A stretch of DNA of 64,000 bases from Phoronis australis (lineage: Eukaryota > Animalia > Phoronida): assembly GCA_002633005.1 (NCBI GenBank), contig NMRA01000127.1, forward strand, positions 186,001-250,000, read 5' to 3'. Under the pieces are notes generated by a model. The model had not been told where the DNA came from. It did not search any database and worked only from the letters and a program-made list of their open reading frames with translations. Below, piece after piece: positions 34,447-48,629 of the stretch. Numbering within the stretch: position 1 is the first letter of the stretch; each line of letters opens with the position of its first letter. A program made the position numbers and the translations under genes.

Positions 34447-37400
34447 TCTTAGCGGATAATTTCTTGAGCTATATACCGAAGTAAGTTTTACTCGACTACG
34501 TGTGGTTTGTCGAGTAAAATGGCGGCTTGGAAACGCAGACGAAGGTGTGCCAAGAATGCTGCGTTCTGATTGGTTAATTAAGCCGTCCGTCATAATCCTA
34601 GCGATAGGTCAATTGCCGTGTAAACACACGGTTTAAATTGTCCTTTTCAAAGCGCGATATCTAACAAATAAAGAAGCCGAAGAGTGTGATTTTTTTCCAA
34701 AAACATACAAAAACATGTGATGTAGCACTAACATGTGTTTTTTAAGAGTTAACCAGTCAATAGGGAAAATATCAAACTATTAGTGGCAGATTCTCTAGTG
34801 GCCTGAGCGGCTGCTCGCGTGTCAATCCACTGCGAGCGTTTTATTTTTTTCGTTTTTTCAAGAGAAACCAGTAAGATCGCGCAAATTTAACATTTAATTC
34901 GTGTCGCTCGATGCAAATTAATACATTATATCCAGGAGACGTGCCGCTCATTCAGGACATACTTTCGTGGTGCCCCAATAAGCCTTTTCAATGAGTGTTG
35001 AGCAATGACCCCGAGTAACTTGGTAAATTTAAATTATGAGATGGGTCGCTTTTAATGGGGTCTAAATTTAATGTGAACTACTGTGAAAAATGACCTCATT
35101 GGGGTTATATAAATAATTAACAGGTTTTTAAAGTTAATTAGGGCGTTCTTCTGTTCTGTACAGTGGTTGTGTGCGTGTGATAATACTTAGCTCCTTTGTT
35201 AACTGCCGAGCATGGTCTTTTGTGTGGTGGGACAACATGCAGATAAATTAGACAATTTTCTGCCAGTTGCATAAACTTACAATTTTTTGTTCTATATTAT
35301 GATGTACTGGAATGTTTGTAAAGTACAACACATTAATTTTTTGATGATATCTTCTAAGAAATTTTTACCAGACAACTCGACGCAAAGAGAATGAGTGTGA
35401 CGGACGTACCTGACTTGACGTACGCTTTGCATTTCTAGTATTAAATTGTTTGTTGTGGCTAAAATACTACTTTGTAATACTTCAAACTTCAGTATTTGAG
35501 CTATATTGGTCTCCTGATACTCATTCAATGATTTTAATCAAAATGCAACGATTGAGCTTTTGCACGAAATCATTACCTCGGCTATGCCTATGCTGGGAAT
35601 GTGGATATTAAAACAACCTCCTAAAATAATCACTTTTCTTCGAAAACGGTAAGCGATATAGATGGTGATGAGAGAGTCAATTATTTTGTATATGACTCTT
35701 GCTGGTAATCGGGAAAACTTTTTTATGCGTTAAGTAGAATACAAATTCGAAACTTGTAAGTAAACGTGACTATGCCAAATATAAAATGTAAAATAAAGTT
35801 TAAAGCATTACTAATCATCATTGAAATAATTTGTCTTTTAAAATAGGACTTGGCCTAAGATTGTACAAAATTATTGTCGGACCATGTCACTGATAGTTTT
35901 GATAGATGCCCATGTTATTAATAAAGTTGATGTTTTAAATGTATTAGTAACAGGATTTCAGTATCTTCTTATAACAAAGTATGAACCAGCATGGTGCAGT
36001 TGACAGCATCGACTTATTTGAACACTTTTTGCAGTGTTCCAAAAACTAAGGATATCTTTACCAACACGGGCAGCGACAAAAAATGCTTAATTAAAAAAAT
36101 AACATCTTTTATTTACATTTTATAACCTGATCCAACTATTTAATTTTGATAAGTTTAATTCTAATAAGCATAACCACTAGATGACACTGTAGAGTGCAAC
36201 CTTTCAGCGAATACTTTTGATACTGAGAAAGTGCAAGTTTAAGTCCGTAGCAATTTGTTTAATTTATAGATGTTTTTGTAATATTAAATACTCTTAGGCT
36301 CTTAAGTGTGAGACAAATCTTGTCTTCTGCGTGCTTGGAAAGTCAAAACAAGATTTAAGGTTGTATTTATCGGCTAAAAAGTTGTAATGTCATGGGTGTG
36401 ACAGACGTACGACACCATGATATTCAAGAGTTGTCCTTATACCCCAAGAGGTCAACGATGTGCTACGGGTGAAATGATATTTTTAGAAAGTTTAGGCTTA
36501 ATGTTTTTGCCCAAATTTGATAATATTGTAAAATTCCCGTAATTAGATTATTTTTGACAATAATTAGCAACACTTTTAAAAATCAGGGTAATTTTTAGGG
36601 TCAAATGACCTCCAAAATTGGGTACGTTTAGGAAACAAATTGAAAGTTATAGGAAATTCAAATATGGGTCATGAAACTAAAGAGACTAGGCTTTCAGATG
36701 AGACCATAGATGTTATTCTAGTTGCAATTTTGAATTTTTGTCTCTAGGCTGGCCTTTTCACAGAATAACCCCTTTATTGAAATGTATACTGCTTTAAGAA
36801 CTCATTTCTTGATATGTATTCCAAAGTCAGATATTTTTTTCTGTTGTAGCAAAACAAGCAAATCCACAATCTGTACTTGTTTCAAAGTTCACATTGGAAA
36901 TTATGCAAATTTGCACTACTTGCTTACGAGGCCTTTGTTTTGTGACTAGTGCGTAGTAACAAAAATATCAAACATACGACAGAATTGCGCACCCAATCAA
37001 AACCGAGACGGCGTATACCTGGGGCGAAAGTACGTACAACCCGAGTGAATGGCACGTCCCTGTATACTCCTGAATATATTGTATTGCTTCGAGCGACACG
37101 AATTTAATGATAAGTGTTCGCTATCTTACTGGTTTCTCTTGAAAGTACTAAATCGTTCGCAGCCCTACAGGCCGGACTCTGACATCTCAGTCTGCCAATG
37201 GTTGCTATCTTCTGATATTTTCCACATCGACTGAATACCTCTTAGAAATGTATGTAAGTGCTATATCACATGTTTTTCTGTTTCTTGAAATGTTCAAGCT
37301 CTTCCACATCTTTATGTGTTAGATTATGCACTTAGAAAAGAACAATTCGCTCCGTTTGTTTTTTCCTATGCCACGTGACTGAAAGCAGTTTCCAATATGG

Positions 37401-38199
37401 CGTCAAGTTGTTAGCCGCAGTAAGGCGTGCGCCCAGTCTATGTAATGTCTATGGTTATGACGGTGGAATTTTAGTCCTCTCTAGTGAGAAAGGTGACAAT
37501 TTGGTACTGCAGGTTATAACGCTGGTCTAAAATATGTTCCAACTGCAAACTAGTCCATACTAAGTCTAAGTTATACACATGGTTTAAATCTTCATTAAAT
37601 ACTAAAAAACTTTTATTTTGACCACATTTATGTGAAATTAAGGTTTCCCATTTAAATTTCCAACTGATCGATGTTAGGTCATTAAATTGAGTGACTTTCT
37701 TATCAACCCGTTGTACCCAACCGAGGCCTTATAAGAGTCGGCAATGCCCTCCAGTCGTGAATCATATTGTTTCCGCTTCTGCAAGGTCACGCGACATCTA
37801 GCGTTGAAGTTTCCACAGTTCTTATGCTTTCGTTTGTCAAGAGAATACCGAGACTCGTAGCTGTTCATAATGCAAAACAAAACAGTGAGTAGAGAGTTTG
37901 TTTTCAAAAATGATATTTTAATAATGCAGTTTTTGCGTATTTTCAAAACATATGCTCGAAACCAACTATCGAACAGATTTGATATAAAACACAATCCACG
38001 GGTCTCTTAAAATGTCCCAGGGTCGACCACTTTTTGTAAGGCCAAAGGAACAAAGCACAGGGATTTTTTTTCAAGCTGGGTCCTTAACGTTATCTAAGTA
38101 CGCTACCTCACTAAAGACGTCACTGCACGCGTTTATGCCATCCGAAACGTAAAAATGTACAATTTAAACAAATTCTGTATGCATTTTTCAGTCCGTTTT

Positions 38200-39130
38200 T
38201 TACTCGTTGGTGAAGAAACGTGGCAAAAACACACCATGTAAGCAAATAGGAGCTCATAATAAGAATGAAACAGTTCACGAAAACATTCATTTATATAACA
38301 GAAGCCTGTCAGTAAAAAACAACACAGAAATGTGAGACAGTATGATGTAGGCAGTTTAATTGAGGCATACATTAAAGTACGTGAGATGACATGTTTTTGT
38401 TAAGTGGCAAACAAAGCCTACGTGAAATCTCTGTCTCCTGAAAATCTACAATTGGCTCTCCGAAAGTCCGGAATATACGTTTGACGACACCGTTGTCCTC
38501 CTGAAAGGATCACTTCATCCACAGCGTTCTTGCTGAGTGCTGGTGGAGGGGAGGTTGAAAATGATTTTTTGCTAAACGGTTGCAAAAGTGTACAGATGCA
38601 AAGAGGCCATTGCCGAGTGAACAAGTGCTTTCAAGCAGTTCTGCAAGTTTGTCGTGTAAGGTGCTGACTGAGAATTTAGAAATGCTGAAAACGAAAAAGA
38701 ACACAACAAAACCACAGGTGACAATCACAAAGAAGGCACAAGAGACAAAGGAAGAAACAGGTGATAAAAAGTCAACGGTGACTACAAGAAAGGCATGTAG
38801 AGAGAACAACAGCAACAAACGTTAAGTTCAGAAACCAATAAAATGATAATGAACCAGGTCCATCGGGATTAAAGACATGACACGCTCCACAGTTCGAAAG
38901 TGACGACGACGAGGACTCGGATGCGGGGGATGTGGACAGTTGCTGCGTCTGTAACAAATGGTCACCACAGCAAATACGCTAACGTGCGTCTTTAGTAGTC
39001 ATTAATTGGGGAAATGTGAAGTCCAAGACTGTAGCCACTGGACTCACTAAAGATTTTGCTGTTACGTGACAGCACTAAGGAGACACGACATATTTTTCTG
39101 TCCCTGTCATATCTTGCCACGCCGTCAAAG
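38200..39130 (+). mobile_element. Decayed pogo/Tigger-like transposase C-terminus with PHD finger
   Basis: LRKSGIY-like motif, acidic tract EPGPSG..DDDEDSD, then CCVC...WGKC..DCSHWTH.RFC...FFCPC. Confidence 0.55.
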
Positions 39131-41538
39131 CTAGCTCCAAGAAGAGTATCACGTGATAACTAGGATCCGATGTACTTTCACACGTTAAAAGCTTAATCAG
39201 TTTGACAATTGTTGTATTTTTAAATTTAAATCTCGCTCAAAATACTGACTATACATGTATGTGATTGTGGGGAATCATGCATGCGTAATATTTACTTTTA
39301 AGCAGGAGTTTTCGATTTCGTGTCAATATAACACCTAATAAGCTGGACCAAGAAGACGAAATTCGCAAAACTGTACAAAATACACAACATTTTATTTCCG
39401 GTTATTCCCCCCCTTAACTCAAAATCCTGGATCCGCCCCTAAAAAGGTTAGGTATATCGGCCTATAGAATGTACCTAGCCACAAAATCATGGGCACCGAA
39501 GACATTGTGGTCTCCGAGGAATGCCCATTCGAGGAGACGAATCGACGCTCACTAGTCGAAGTGCTATTGAAGAAAGAGCCCTCTTTTGAACACCTGAATA
39601 GAAAGCTGTTTATCCGCATAGAATCGTTTGTTGGATTCCCTCTTCCCGCTGGCGTGATTTTTATTTGCAGTTCTCAAAGACCCAATTTGATAATCTTCAG
39701 AACGCAAAAGTGTGTTAGCGTAAGGTGTGCTATGAAATTCCCTTACACAGGATTTCCTGCGTGTTGCGGAAGCGCTCGGGTTTGTGGTAAAAGCAGCGCT
39801 GCTTCGGTAACATGACTATTGCCTTAGGACATCCTGCTTTCCACAATGGTGTGTTAAGATTGTTTAGTATAATTTTTCGACGCATTATGGACTCGTGGGT
39901 TCGCACTCCTTGTTTTTTAGAGTTATGTTGTGAACCAGTGTCATAGGTGTTATTTTGCACTTCACTGTTTTGCTTTGAATTTTGCCATTCAGGTTGACCA
40001 GCCGAAGCAACGCTTAATTTATAGTATGATGTAATCAAAATCGCCGTCACTGTTACTAGACATGCGTGACACTTTGTGTGGGGATTTTTAATTTGAACCT
40101 GAATAGAAGTTTTCCGCGTGTACCTTAACCTCTGACACAGCGCCACCTATACTGAGAAGCGGCCCTGTGGAAACATGATGAGTGACCACGGAATTCGGTG
40201 TCGGAAGCATAGCGATCACAACGTCACCGCTTCCACACGCCTCTAGGTAATGTACCTGTTTGGGCTTAAGTCACTGGATTGGGACTCTCTTGATTTTTTA
40301 CTTCCATCACTGCCCGTTTTAACGCTGTCATCGTTCAAGCAATTTGTCTTGACAACATGCATACCAGGTTCTAAGCTGAAATAGTCTATCCCCGTCGTCC
40401 TATACGCTGACTTCTTGTTTTCGAATTGATTCAAATTATTCTGTTCCACCTGGTGTCCATTTTTACTTTTTCCGAGACAGTTTTTGGCGTCCACCTTTCT
40501 GTTAGCCGAAACGCACTGAGGGCTGTATTCCAAGGACCATCTCCTTAAAATAGCTTAAGGTAAACCTTGCTAAGACTCATCTTGGGTAAGGTCACCTTAT
40601 GCACCATGCTATTTTGAAAGTGTCCTTAATCCTTTCCTTCATTAAGGTGTACGTTAAGAAACTGAGGTGGACCTCAAGGAAAACCCCCGCCGTTTCAGGT
40701 GAACTTTAAGGTGGACTTTGAGGTGAACCTCAGAAAACAATGGGGTGTCACAGCGTGAGATCTTTATTGGAGAGAGAATAAGTTGTGTAATGACTGTAAA
40801 GTGTAATACATGCCCATGCACAGTTATCTAATACTAGTCAATATAGTTAGAACCATCATGGAAACAGCAATTTGAAAACGCAAGACCTATACTTACGTCG
40901 AAAAGCCGTTAGCTATTCAACTAGTTGAAAAAAGAAGGCTACTATTGATTTAAGTTAAAATAGTTTAAACGTTTGGGAAAAAGAAGAGGCGTGGGAAATA
41001 ATATTGAAATGATACAACGTGCAGAAAAAGTGTCGCTAGGGTGCCAGTACAATATGCTGAACAACAGCAAATACACGGTTTACAGCTGCAATTGTGTTTA
41101 GATAATCTCCCACCTTCTCTGGTAGCATGAAAACGAATAAATTACTTATCAAGGTTGGTCTTAATGATACCTCAGAGCTATTTATATGATTTAAGGTACT
41201 CCTTTTCATAATTTGAGGTGGACATTAGGCACAGGAGTCTTTTATAAATGAGTCCTTTTTAGTTTAAGGAAAGGCTTTTAAGGTTCACCTTACAGAAAAC
41301 TTAAGGATTGTAGTAAACGCGGCCTGCAAGCAGGTAGTTCAGCAGATTGACTTATCAGACTTATAGCCGTCAGACGTCACGTAGGTAGTGCACAACTGGA
41401 CTCAAGCCAGGACACTGCCAAAAGTCCGTCTTCACAGACCAGAGGTGAACACCCAAGACAGCATTCAAAGTCGTGACCATATTCATGTGACTAACATTCA
41501 GTCTCACCATGAAGAAAACAACACACACACACACACAT

Positions 41539-41574
<36 letters not shown>

Positions 41575-42274
41575 CCGCATACATATAGCACCGCATGACA
41601 CAACAAGAGAATAGCACGTTCACAACGGCATGTTTCCTGCGTAGTGAAATAAAAGTATACCTTAGACGTTCATGTGTCTCTTAGAATACAGTGCTAATGA
41701 TTATGAAAATATGTATATGTGTTCCCACTCGAAAAAGGAAGTGATATTGATTTTTGGTTGTCTCCGACTTATGTGTCACCTACTAGTGGCACTATCTTTT
41801 TTGTGTTTGTGTTTGCGCCTGTATCTTATGAAGCCTTTGCATTTTTTAATTTTGTCAATATATTTCTATGAAATTAGCAATAAAGTTCGATGACTTTTGA
41901 ACACATCTAACTACCACTCTGTTCCCTTGTAGTAGTTTTATTTTTTTACATTGTCTTCTGTGTCTTTGAAGCTCCTGGCGTATTTTCATAAAATTTTGCG
42001 AACAGTCTAAAGTTGCTACGTACATGTATGTGACTGTTGACAGCTGGTTAAAGAAAAGACGGTGTAGATCACGTAAGTCTTTATTTTGTACATTTCCGTA
42101 TAACATGGATTTCAGGCATGCTGTAAAAGAAAATAATTTTTCTAAAGGTAAAGTAGTATTTCAGCGGTATCCTTGCCGAAAAAATATCTGAGTACCACTC
42201 GAGCAAAATTGTAATAATAAAGGTGGCGATTCCTTCTTATACAGTACTCTAATAATAATTTTACGCAAGTGCAC

Positions 42275-43142
42275 TTTTTGAATCGTACTAATTAAAAGCC
42301 TCGTATTTCTAAGCCATGACATTGTGATGGGCACATAACTTTAATAAATAGTTCAAATGGCAGTTGCACTTAAAAATTCTACATTTAACGTAATGAGAAG
42401 TTGGCTCAACTTTCAACGTCTGTAAAAGCACATGCGATCTTATCTGGCATGAAAACTGGTATCACGCTTAGGGTCTTAACGAAGAAAAGTAAGTGACAAT
42501 ATTAGTCAAAACAACGAGATTTTTCAACTCATCACCATCATCATCAGTACAAGTAATCAAGACCATCTACAACCTTGACCCATACAGTGTACTGTAGAGC
42601 TATCAGGACGCATCATAGCAACACAACATCAATGACAACGCTTATGTTTAGAACTTCCGTCTGTCAACAGTACAGATAACATGATCTAAGGAAACGACAG
42701 AACTTAGGGCTGTCGCCAAAAGAAACTGTAGACAAGCTCAGGTATCCCTTTGGTATCATTACTAGCGTTATAGGCACCTTTGGCATTTGTTGTCAAGACT
42801 TGGGCTCGCGCTTCCTAACAATTATTCAGGCGTTGTTGATGTGATTGGTTTCATGGACAGACAAATATCGATGTCAGGGAAACAACATGGTTATAGATTC
42901 ATGAACTACAAATGGGTCACTAATGGCTTAGTGGGGGAAACGAAAAACTGTGTGAATCCTTCTTTCTGCTGTCGATCAAGATGGTGTGGCAATTGCGACG
43001 CACCAGAAGACTGTCTATTAGAGCGACACAGTGAGGACAATTAAGTCGGGATATCGAGATCCTGAGATAAGTAATTAAAAAAGAAACGCGTGATGTCATC
43101 TTTAGGTCACTCATCAAATGTTATCCCCAAAATGTATGAGGG
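42275..43142 (+). mobile_element. Insertion absent from the paralog 2 flank, containing an IS3EU-like (integrase-core) transposase N-terminal relic
   Basis: LSRLGL..NNYS....FMDRQISMSGKQHGYRFM..K...GLV...D.DG...R motif; empty site caagtgcacaattttac at about 17020. Confidence 0.5.
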
Positions 43143-44321
43143 GCAATTTTACAGAAAGCGGTAAATTTTCAAACCAAAAATATGCAAGTTGTTAATCATT
43201 CCACCTCGGTGTATAAATAATCTACATGACAAAACAATCTGTGATATGTCTTGAACCTAGTTTTCCCTGAAATGCTCTTGCAGTCATTCTTTAGAGTTGA
43301 CCAACCGCCATTATGTCTGAAGCCAGTTGTCGTTTGTTTTGATGTTCTTGTTCGTATCGAAAATAGATTCCCATCACGGTATGGAATATTGAGACCAGAC
43401 TTATGAGAGTAAAAAGCCTACTTCGATCCTTGATTATAGCATACTAAATAACACGAAAGACAACATTAAATCCAGACGTAAAACAAAAATATGAATCTAG
43501 TCATACAAATGTTCTGCAAGTCATAGCATGAGATGTAGCTGCTACTCGCCATAAGCACATTTAAAGATGCTATGTCTGATTAAATCGTGAATATGCAAAT
43601 GGAGTACTAGATTAGAAACAACTCTGGGTTTTTCGGTATGTCAGAAAACATTCAAGAACAAGTTACCATTACAATCACGCTAAAGACTCCTTTTGAGAGA
43701 CCACTTTTATGTAAATGAGTATGGTAATAATTCATAGTTACCCTAATGACACATGGCACAGAATTTATCATTTGTTTCTTTCACTATCAAATATCGATTG
43801 CAAATTATTTCGAAATTATTACTTTTTCTATATGTTAACAGTTGTTTTTAAGTGTATCAATTGTGGTCTTTTCTTTAAAATCGCAATTTATTTACAAATT
43901 GTTTCTTTTCCCGATTGTACTTGTACACGCAGTTCTCCAGCACGTCAGTTGGTTGCGCTTGAAACAAATTTAAACATACACGGTTTTAATGAGACATAGC
44001 ATCTTTAATCCTGGCGCTGATTCAGAGAAGGGTCTAGGGACTTTCACGTCGGACCCTTTGAACGCAATCATATTAGACAACATGCAATTTATTTAACACA
44101 ACCCGAAAATAAAAAATTCAAATTATTTTGTGACTAGATTTTTCTTTTTACTTTGATACAATGATAATTTACACTACTAGCTATTTCAAACTAAGCTCCT
44201 TAGATAAAAGTCCAATTGGTGTTTAATACGCAGATAGCAATTGAACAAAAAGTATTCTGTCGAGTAATGGTTCTAGTCTTGAAAAAGTTTTGAAGAGAGT
44301 TCCGTGCCAAATCCGACAAGC

Positions 44322-45725
44322 TCAGTTTACCGATACAACATCGAGTTCAAAATTATCTGAAGCAGTATTTGTACTAGCTTCAGATGTTGAAATCGTCTTG
44401 GTGTTAGGGACTCTAGAGGACGCTGCTGTAGATGTCTTTCGGCAACATGGCCACATGTTCACAAAATCTCTTCGAAACCTCTTTCCACTTACACAGTATA
44501 GAAGGAAATTTATGCTGTGGTTTATATCAACGAAGAAGTATGCCAGTGTCGAGAAGAAGATGTATTGAACGAATCTGTACATGGTCGGGTCTCCCATGTA
44601 ATCCCAAAAATTTTCAGCTATCACGAATGCTGCGTACGGAGACATGAGGAACGTGAAAGAAGCCGATATTGTTAACAACATTCTGGTAATCTGGTTCTGT
44701 TGCTCTCTTGCCTCGACGTCCTTTTCCCTGTTATTCGTCATTGCCGCATTCTTACGAGTAGCAGCTGATGTCAGCGATATTATGATTCCGTTAAGAACGT
44801 ACAGCATTATCAAGGGAATGAAAGAGTAAACAGTAGTGTCCACCCACGTGTAAGCTGACAAGAACTGTTTATCTGGTGCACGCCACATACACGTCCAAGC
44901 ACTAACTGCGGTGTAAACAGCATGGACGAAAAAGAAGTAGTGGAAATTTAAGATAATAGAAAGAACTGAAAGAGAAATTGTAACAATGACCGCATTTTTG
45001 ACAGTACAAATGGATGAAGCTTTAAATGGAAAAGCAACAGCGATGCAGCGTTCGCACGTCATAGCCAAAACCGTCCACACCGACATGTAAGCAGCAAAGG
45101 ACATGATGAAGTTGTTAATTCGACAACCAGCTTCATTGATGAACCAAGTCTGATCAAATTGGTCCATTGTCAAACCAAGTGTCTTCGACATCATGACTGT
45201 TGTATCAAAGATGGCCAGCATAGCCATGTAAAAACATGACGAGTTTTTACGAATTCGTTTGCGTATAACCAAGAAGGACAAAAGATTTCCTAGAAAGGCT
45301 AAGGCTGGGAGAAAGTAGTATTTGTAGGTCTGCAAGTTGACCGCGACCCAGAAGAGATCGTAAGAGGATAACAATGCCCTGATATGGGGGTTTTCGTCAA
45401 AGGGGACATTTATTATTTCGTTCGTGCTATTCTGTACAGTACCATTAATGGAATTGAAAAACGACCGGTTCATGGTGGAATTTACACCTGACAAATTGTG
45501 CACGTAACTATTATGGTCTGAAAACTTGAAGACGGGTATTGGTTGAACATCTCGAGTCGAAGAGGTCTGCAGAGAACCATCTGTTGTTTGAATCCAGTAC
45601 GCAGTTGTCATTTCGAAAATCGACCCTCGGTTGGTTTCTTTTATAGTTGACCATGATGTCACGCTGAGGTTGTTTACTTGGTTTTGGATGTTCATTTCTT
45701 GAGTGGGTGTTGCGCTATCGACCAT
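44322..45725 (-). CDS. Class A 7TM GPCR, FMRFamide-receptor-like/Srw-like (paralog 3)
   Basis: Intact 467-aa ORF, colinear with paralog 2 and with the same motifs. Splice acceptor ends at 45742. Confidence 0.93.
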   Translation of the reverse strand: MVDSATPTQEMNIQNQVNNLSVTSWSTIKETNRGSIFEMTTAYWIQTTDGSLQTSSTRDVQPIPVFKFSDHNSYVHNLSGVNSTMNRSFFNSINGTVQNSTNEIINVPFDENPHIRALLSSYDLFWVAVNLQTYKYYFLPALAFLGNLLSFLVIRKRIRKNSSCFYMAMLAIFDTTVMMSKTLGLTMDQFDQTWFINEAGCRINNFIMSFAAYMSVWTVLAMTCERCIAVAFPFKASSICTVKNAVIVTISLSVLSIILNFHYFFFVHAVYTAVSAWTCMWRAPDKQFLSAYTWVDTTVYSFIPLIMLYVLNGIIISLTSAATRKNAAMTNNREKDVEAREQQNQITRMLLTISASFTFLMSPYAAFVIAENFWDYMGDPTMYRFVQYIFFSTLAYFFVDINHSINFLLYCVSGKRFRRDFVNMWPCCRKTSTAASSRVPNTKTISTSEASTNTASDNFELDVVSVN

Positions 45726-47409
45726 TATTGTTGTCCTTTAGCTAAAACAACAGAATGACGCTAACAAGTTGGACAATTGAAACTTTGATTGAAGTTTCAA
45801 AGATGTATTGTAGTGAAGAGTTAGAAGGGGAAATGAGTTAATTGTGTCTCCATTGCCAGTAGAACAGTGTTTGCATCAACGTTGCACAGTTTATTTTCGC
45901 TGGTTTACTGCGGGTTCCGTAGGGGACAGGGGGTACGCAGGTATCATTTAGCAAAACGCGTTTCATCAATGGTTGACGCAACCTCGGTAGTCATTGGGTA
46001 GCTTTGCAACAAAGAAAGAATATGGCGGACCATGATCGATTTTTAGCATCTTCAACGTTTTTGGAAACCAAGTTTTCTCTCTACACTCTCAATAACGTCT
46101 GCAAGACCAAGTACAGTTATTTGCACACCGGCGGAAAAGGCACTACCACAACTTTTCGATTCACATTTCTTGAACACTGAACATATCCCAATAATTATTA
46201 AGAACACATTTTTGAACAACAGACCACATTTACACTTCTTCCATTAGTTATGCCGGTTTCACGAGTAAAGCGCTACCTGTTGACAATTCGACCATCCAAT
46301 CAGGAATCTCCTAGGTAATTTTTTCCCCGAGGAAAGTGAAATGATTCTTGCTTGTCCCCGTCTCCCTAGCGGACATGCAGGTAACACGCGAGCACATTCA
46401 CTACGAACTATCACCAACGCAATTTACGCGGCACGTGATCTTATAAAAGTGTTGCCATTATTGTCGTGCCGAACGAATGCAACACTTCCAATATGTTGTC
46501 GGCGCATGTTACCACATGTACATGTGAGCAGATATCTACTACGCCTGGTTTTGCTAGATACAAGTTTTGTATTTTTCCATTTCATAACGTCAAAGGTGCT
46601 ATAAACAAGCATACCGTCTAAAAATGGAATAGATCCACCAATCATTAAGAAATTGGCCTCAATTTTTTCGTTAGTCAAATTAGAGTGAATTTCGGGGTTT
46701 CGAAAGAATTGATTTGCTTGTCTCGGCGGGTCGTTCTATGGACCGAACATAGTCTTGCTGCAATGCCAAAGAAGCTAATCATCACCATTATTTGAACTAT
46801 TTGAAGTACAATCGTATTAATGTCGTGTTTTTACGAGCCACGATCTGTATCTGTCTAGATTACTGGACACCGTCCTCGTCAGTGCGATATTGCCATGGTT
46901 CCCATTCCAAAGCCACATGGATTGATGGGTGGTCTGTTTTAAGTAGTGTGTAAGGCGACGCTTCGAAACAATTAGAAAATGTTAGTTTTGCTTCTTGAGG
47001 CAGTTTAGTGAAGATGTCCAAGGAGTGAAATTGGGGTCAACTGGTTCGCCACCTACTCAAGACACAGGTAATGCTTACACGTGCCATTTTAGAATTCGCA
47101 AACTGTGGAATTTTTTTGAGTCACGGATGTTTTTTGTTTGTGCTTCCAACGGAAATCAAGTTCTATCGCGAAAATAGAGTCCTATCGCAGTGAAGAATAT
47201 TGGGAGACCATTTTCTCTTTAGACTGAAAGGCCTGGCTCTATTTTTCTCTTAAATCAGCCAAAGAGGACAAAATGCAGTTTTAAAACTCCGGGATTCTAT
47301 TTCACTCCCACTTGAACTTACAATGAAGGTGTAGTCTCTGAGGATATACACATAACTGCTACTTACTCAGATGCTATCTATAAATTAATTATAGACTGTG
47401 GCGATTTAA

Positions 47410-47660
47410 TAATTATAAAAAATAATTGCAAGCGTTCTGATACACGTTGTACCAGACGTGCGGAAGCCGCTTAGGTGGGCCCATTGCACTGGTCACCTGG
47501 TCACCTGAAAACATTTTTATGCTTTACTAATATATTGTTAAAACCGAGCTAAGGAGCTAGAAACTTGTCTCAAGGGTTTGGCAGTGTGACCCACTGGGAC
47601 TCGAACCCACGACCTCAAGTAAAGAAAGCGGGCACATGTCACACTAGGCCACACTGCCTC
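47410..47660 (-). mobile_element. tRNA-derived SINE
   Basis: A box TGGCCTAGTG, B box GGTTCGAGTCC, followed by CORE-like CCCTTGAGACAAG and an AT-rich tail. Confidence 0.7.
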
Positions 47661-47873
47661 CTCTAATAATTACTTGGCTAAACAATTTATTTTTTATCAA
47701 TACAAACGACACAAAGTTGGGAATATTTTCGAAACCCAATTTTATCCAAATATTGGAATATATACAGGATTTCTGAAAAGTAATTAGGATACAATGAACA
47801 AAAATATTTTTATAATAACAAAAATAAGTTGTGTGAAATTGTAGGGAAACGCAAACTCAAGTTTATGACTTAC

Positions 47874-48050
47874 CTAGTTACTTTAAGTAGGAACCAAGAA
47901 GTTGATGTACCAACAGAGTATCACTGCAATTAGAAGCCTGCCGCGGTATTGGAATCGACGCCTCTTTAATTGACGCGAGATCATTCCAAACTCACGTGAA
48001 GGGGTGGAAAGTTTGCATTTGATTATTTCGCTGTATTTGTTTTATTTCGG
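47874..48050 (-). other. Putative non-coding 5' exon of GPCR paralog 3 (intron 45742-47873)
   Basis: Homolog of 5449-5640 ending in TAG|GTAAGT, conserved although much of the surrounding intron has diverged. Confidence 0.6.
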
Positions 48051-48629
48051 TTTGATGTCTGCACATATTTGTCGAAACAATATCTAAACCGAACTGCAAC
48101 AATATGATGATATATGTACTAGGGATATTTCCCAAATCGGGTGATTAGCGGCATGTGTCGCTTTCTCACCAACTCTGCAACAAGGAACTCCATCGCAACT
48201 TTACCCCAATTCCACTTACTTTTTCCATAGGCTTTGACTAGCAACATCTCAGTTACCCTTAGTTCTCTGATTTAAACGCTAGGTGAGAATTTTATATATG
48301 CGCTAGCTGCGAAGCGATACTGAAGCTAGTTTACAGTGAAACAACGCGTGTAGGTGAGATAAAAGGTCATATATATTATGACAAATTAAACTAGTACAGA
48401 TATCGGTAATTACAAATGTTATGTAATATGCTGAGCTGTAAAGGTGGGTGACAATCTGCGAAGCAGCGATGAAGGTATTCACAAGTGTTGAATAGAAAGT
48501 GAAGTAACAATATGCGGAAGCAGCAAGACCGGGACAGCGACATCGCACTCGTTCAAATACTTTTGCATATCACGAATCTCGATATAATAACCACTGGTAC
48601 AAACACGTACGTTATAGAAGATATATCTC

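Noticed and set aside
41320-41350. CxxxCxxC (radical-SAM-like) spacing in the reconstructed ICRTTCLQC
   Set aside because: Appears only in a consensus of two decayed copies, with a signal-peptide-like start and no other radical SAM features; likely chance.
46424-46678. IPFLD motif suggesting a second Penelope RT fragment
   Set aside because: Downstream YRK.T and S.HP motifs are not recognisable; too weak to call.
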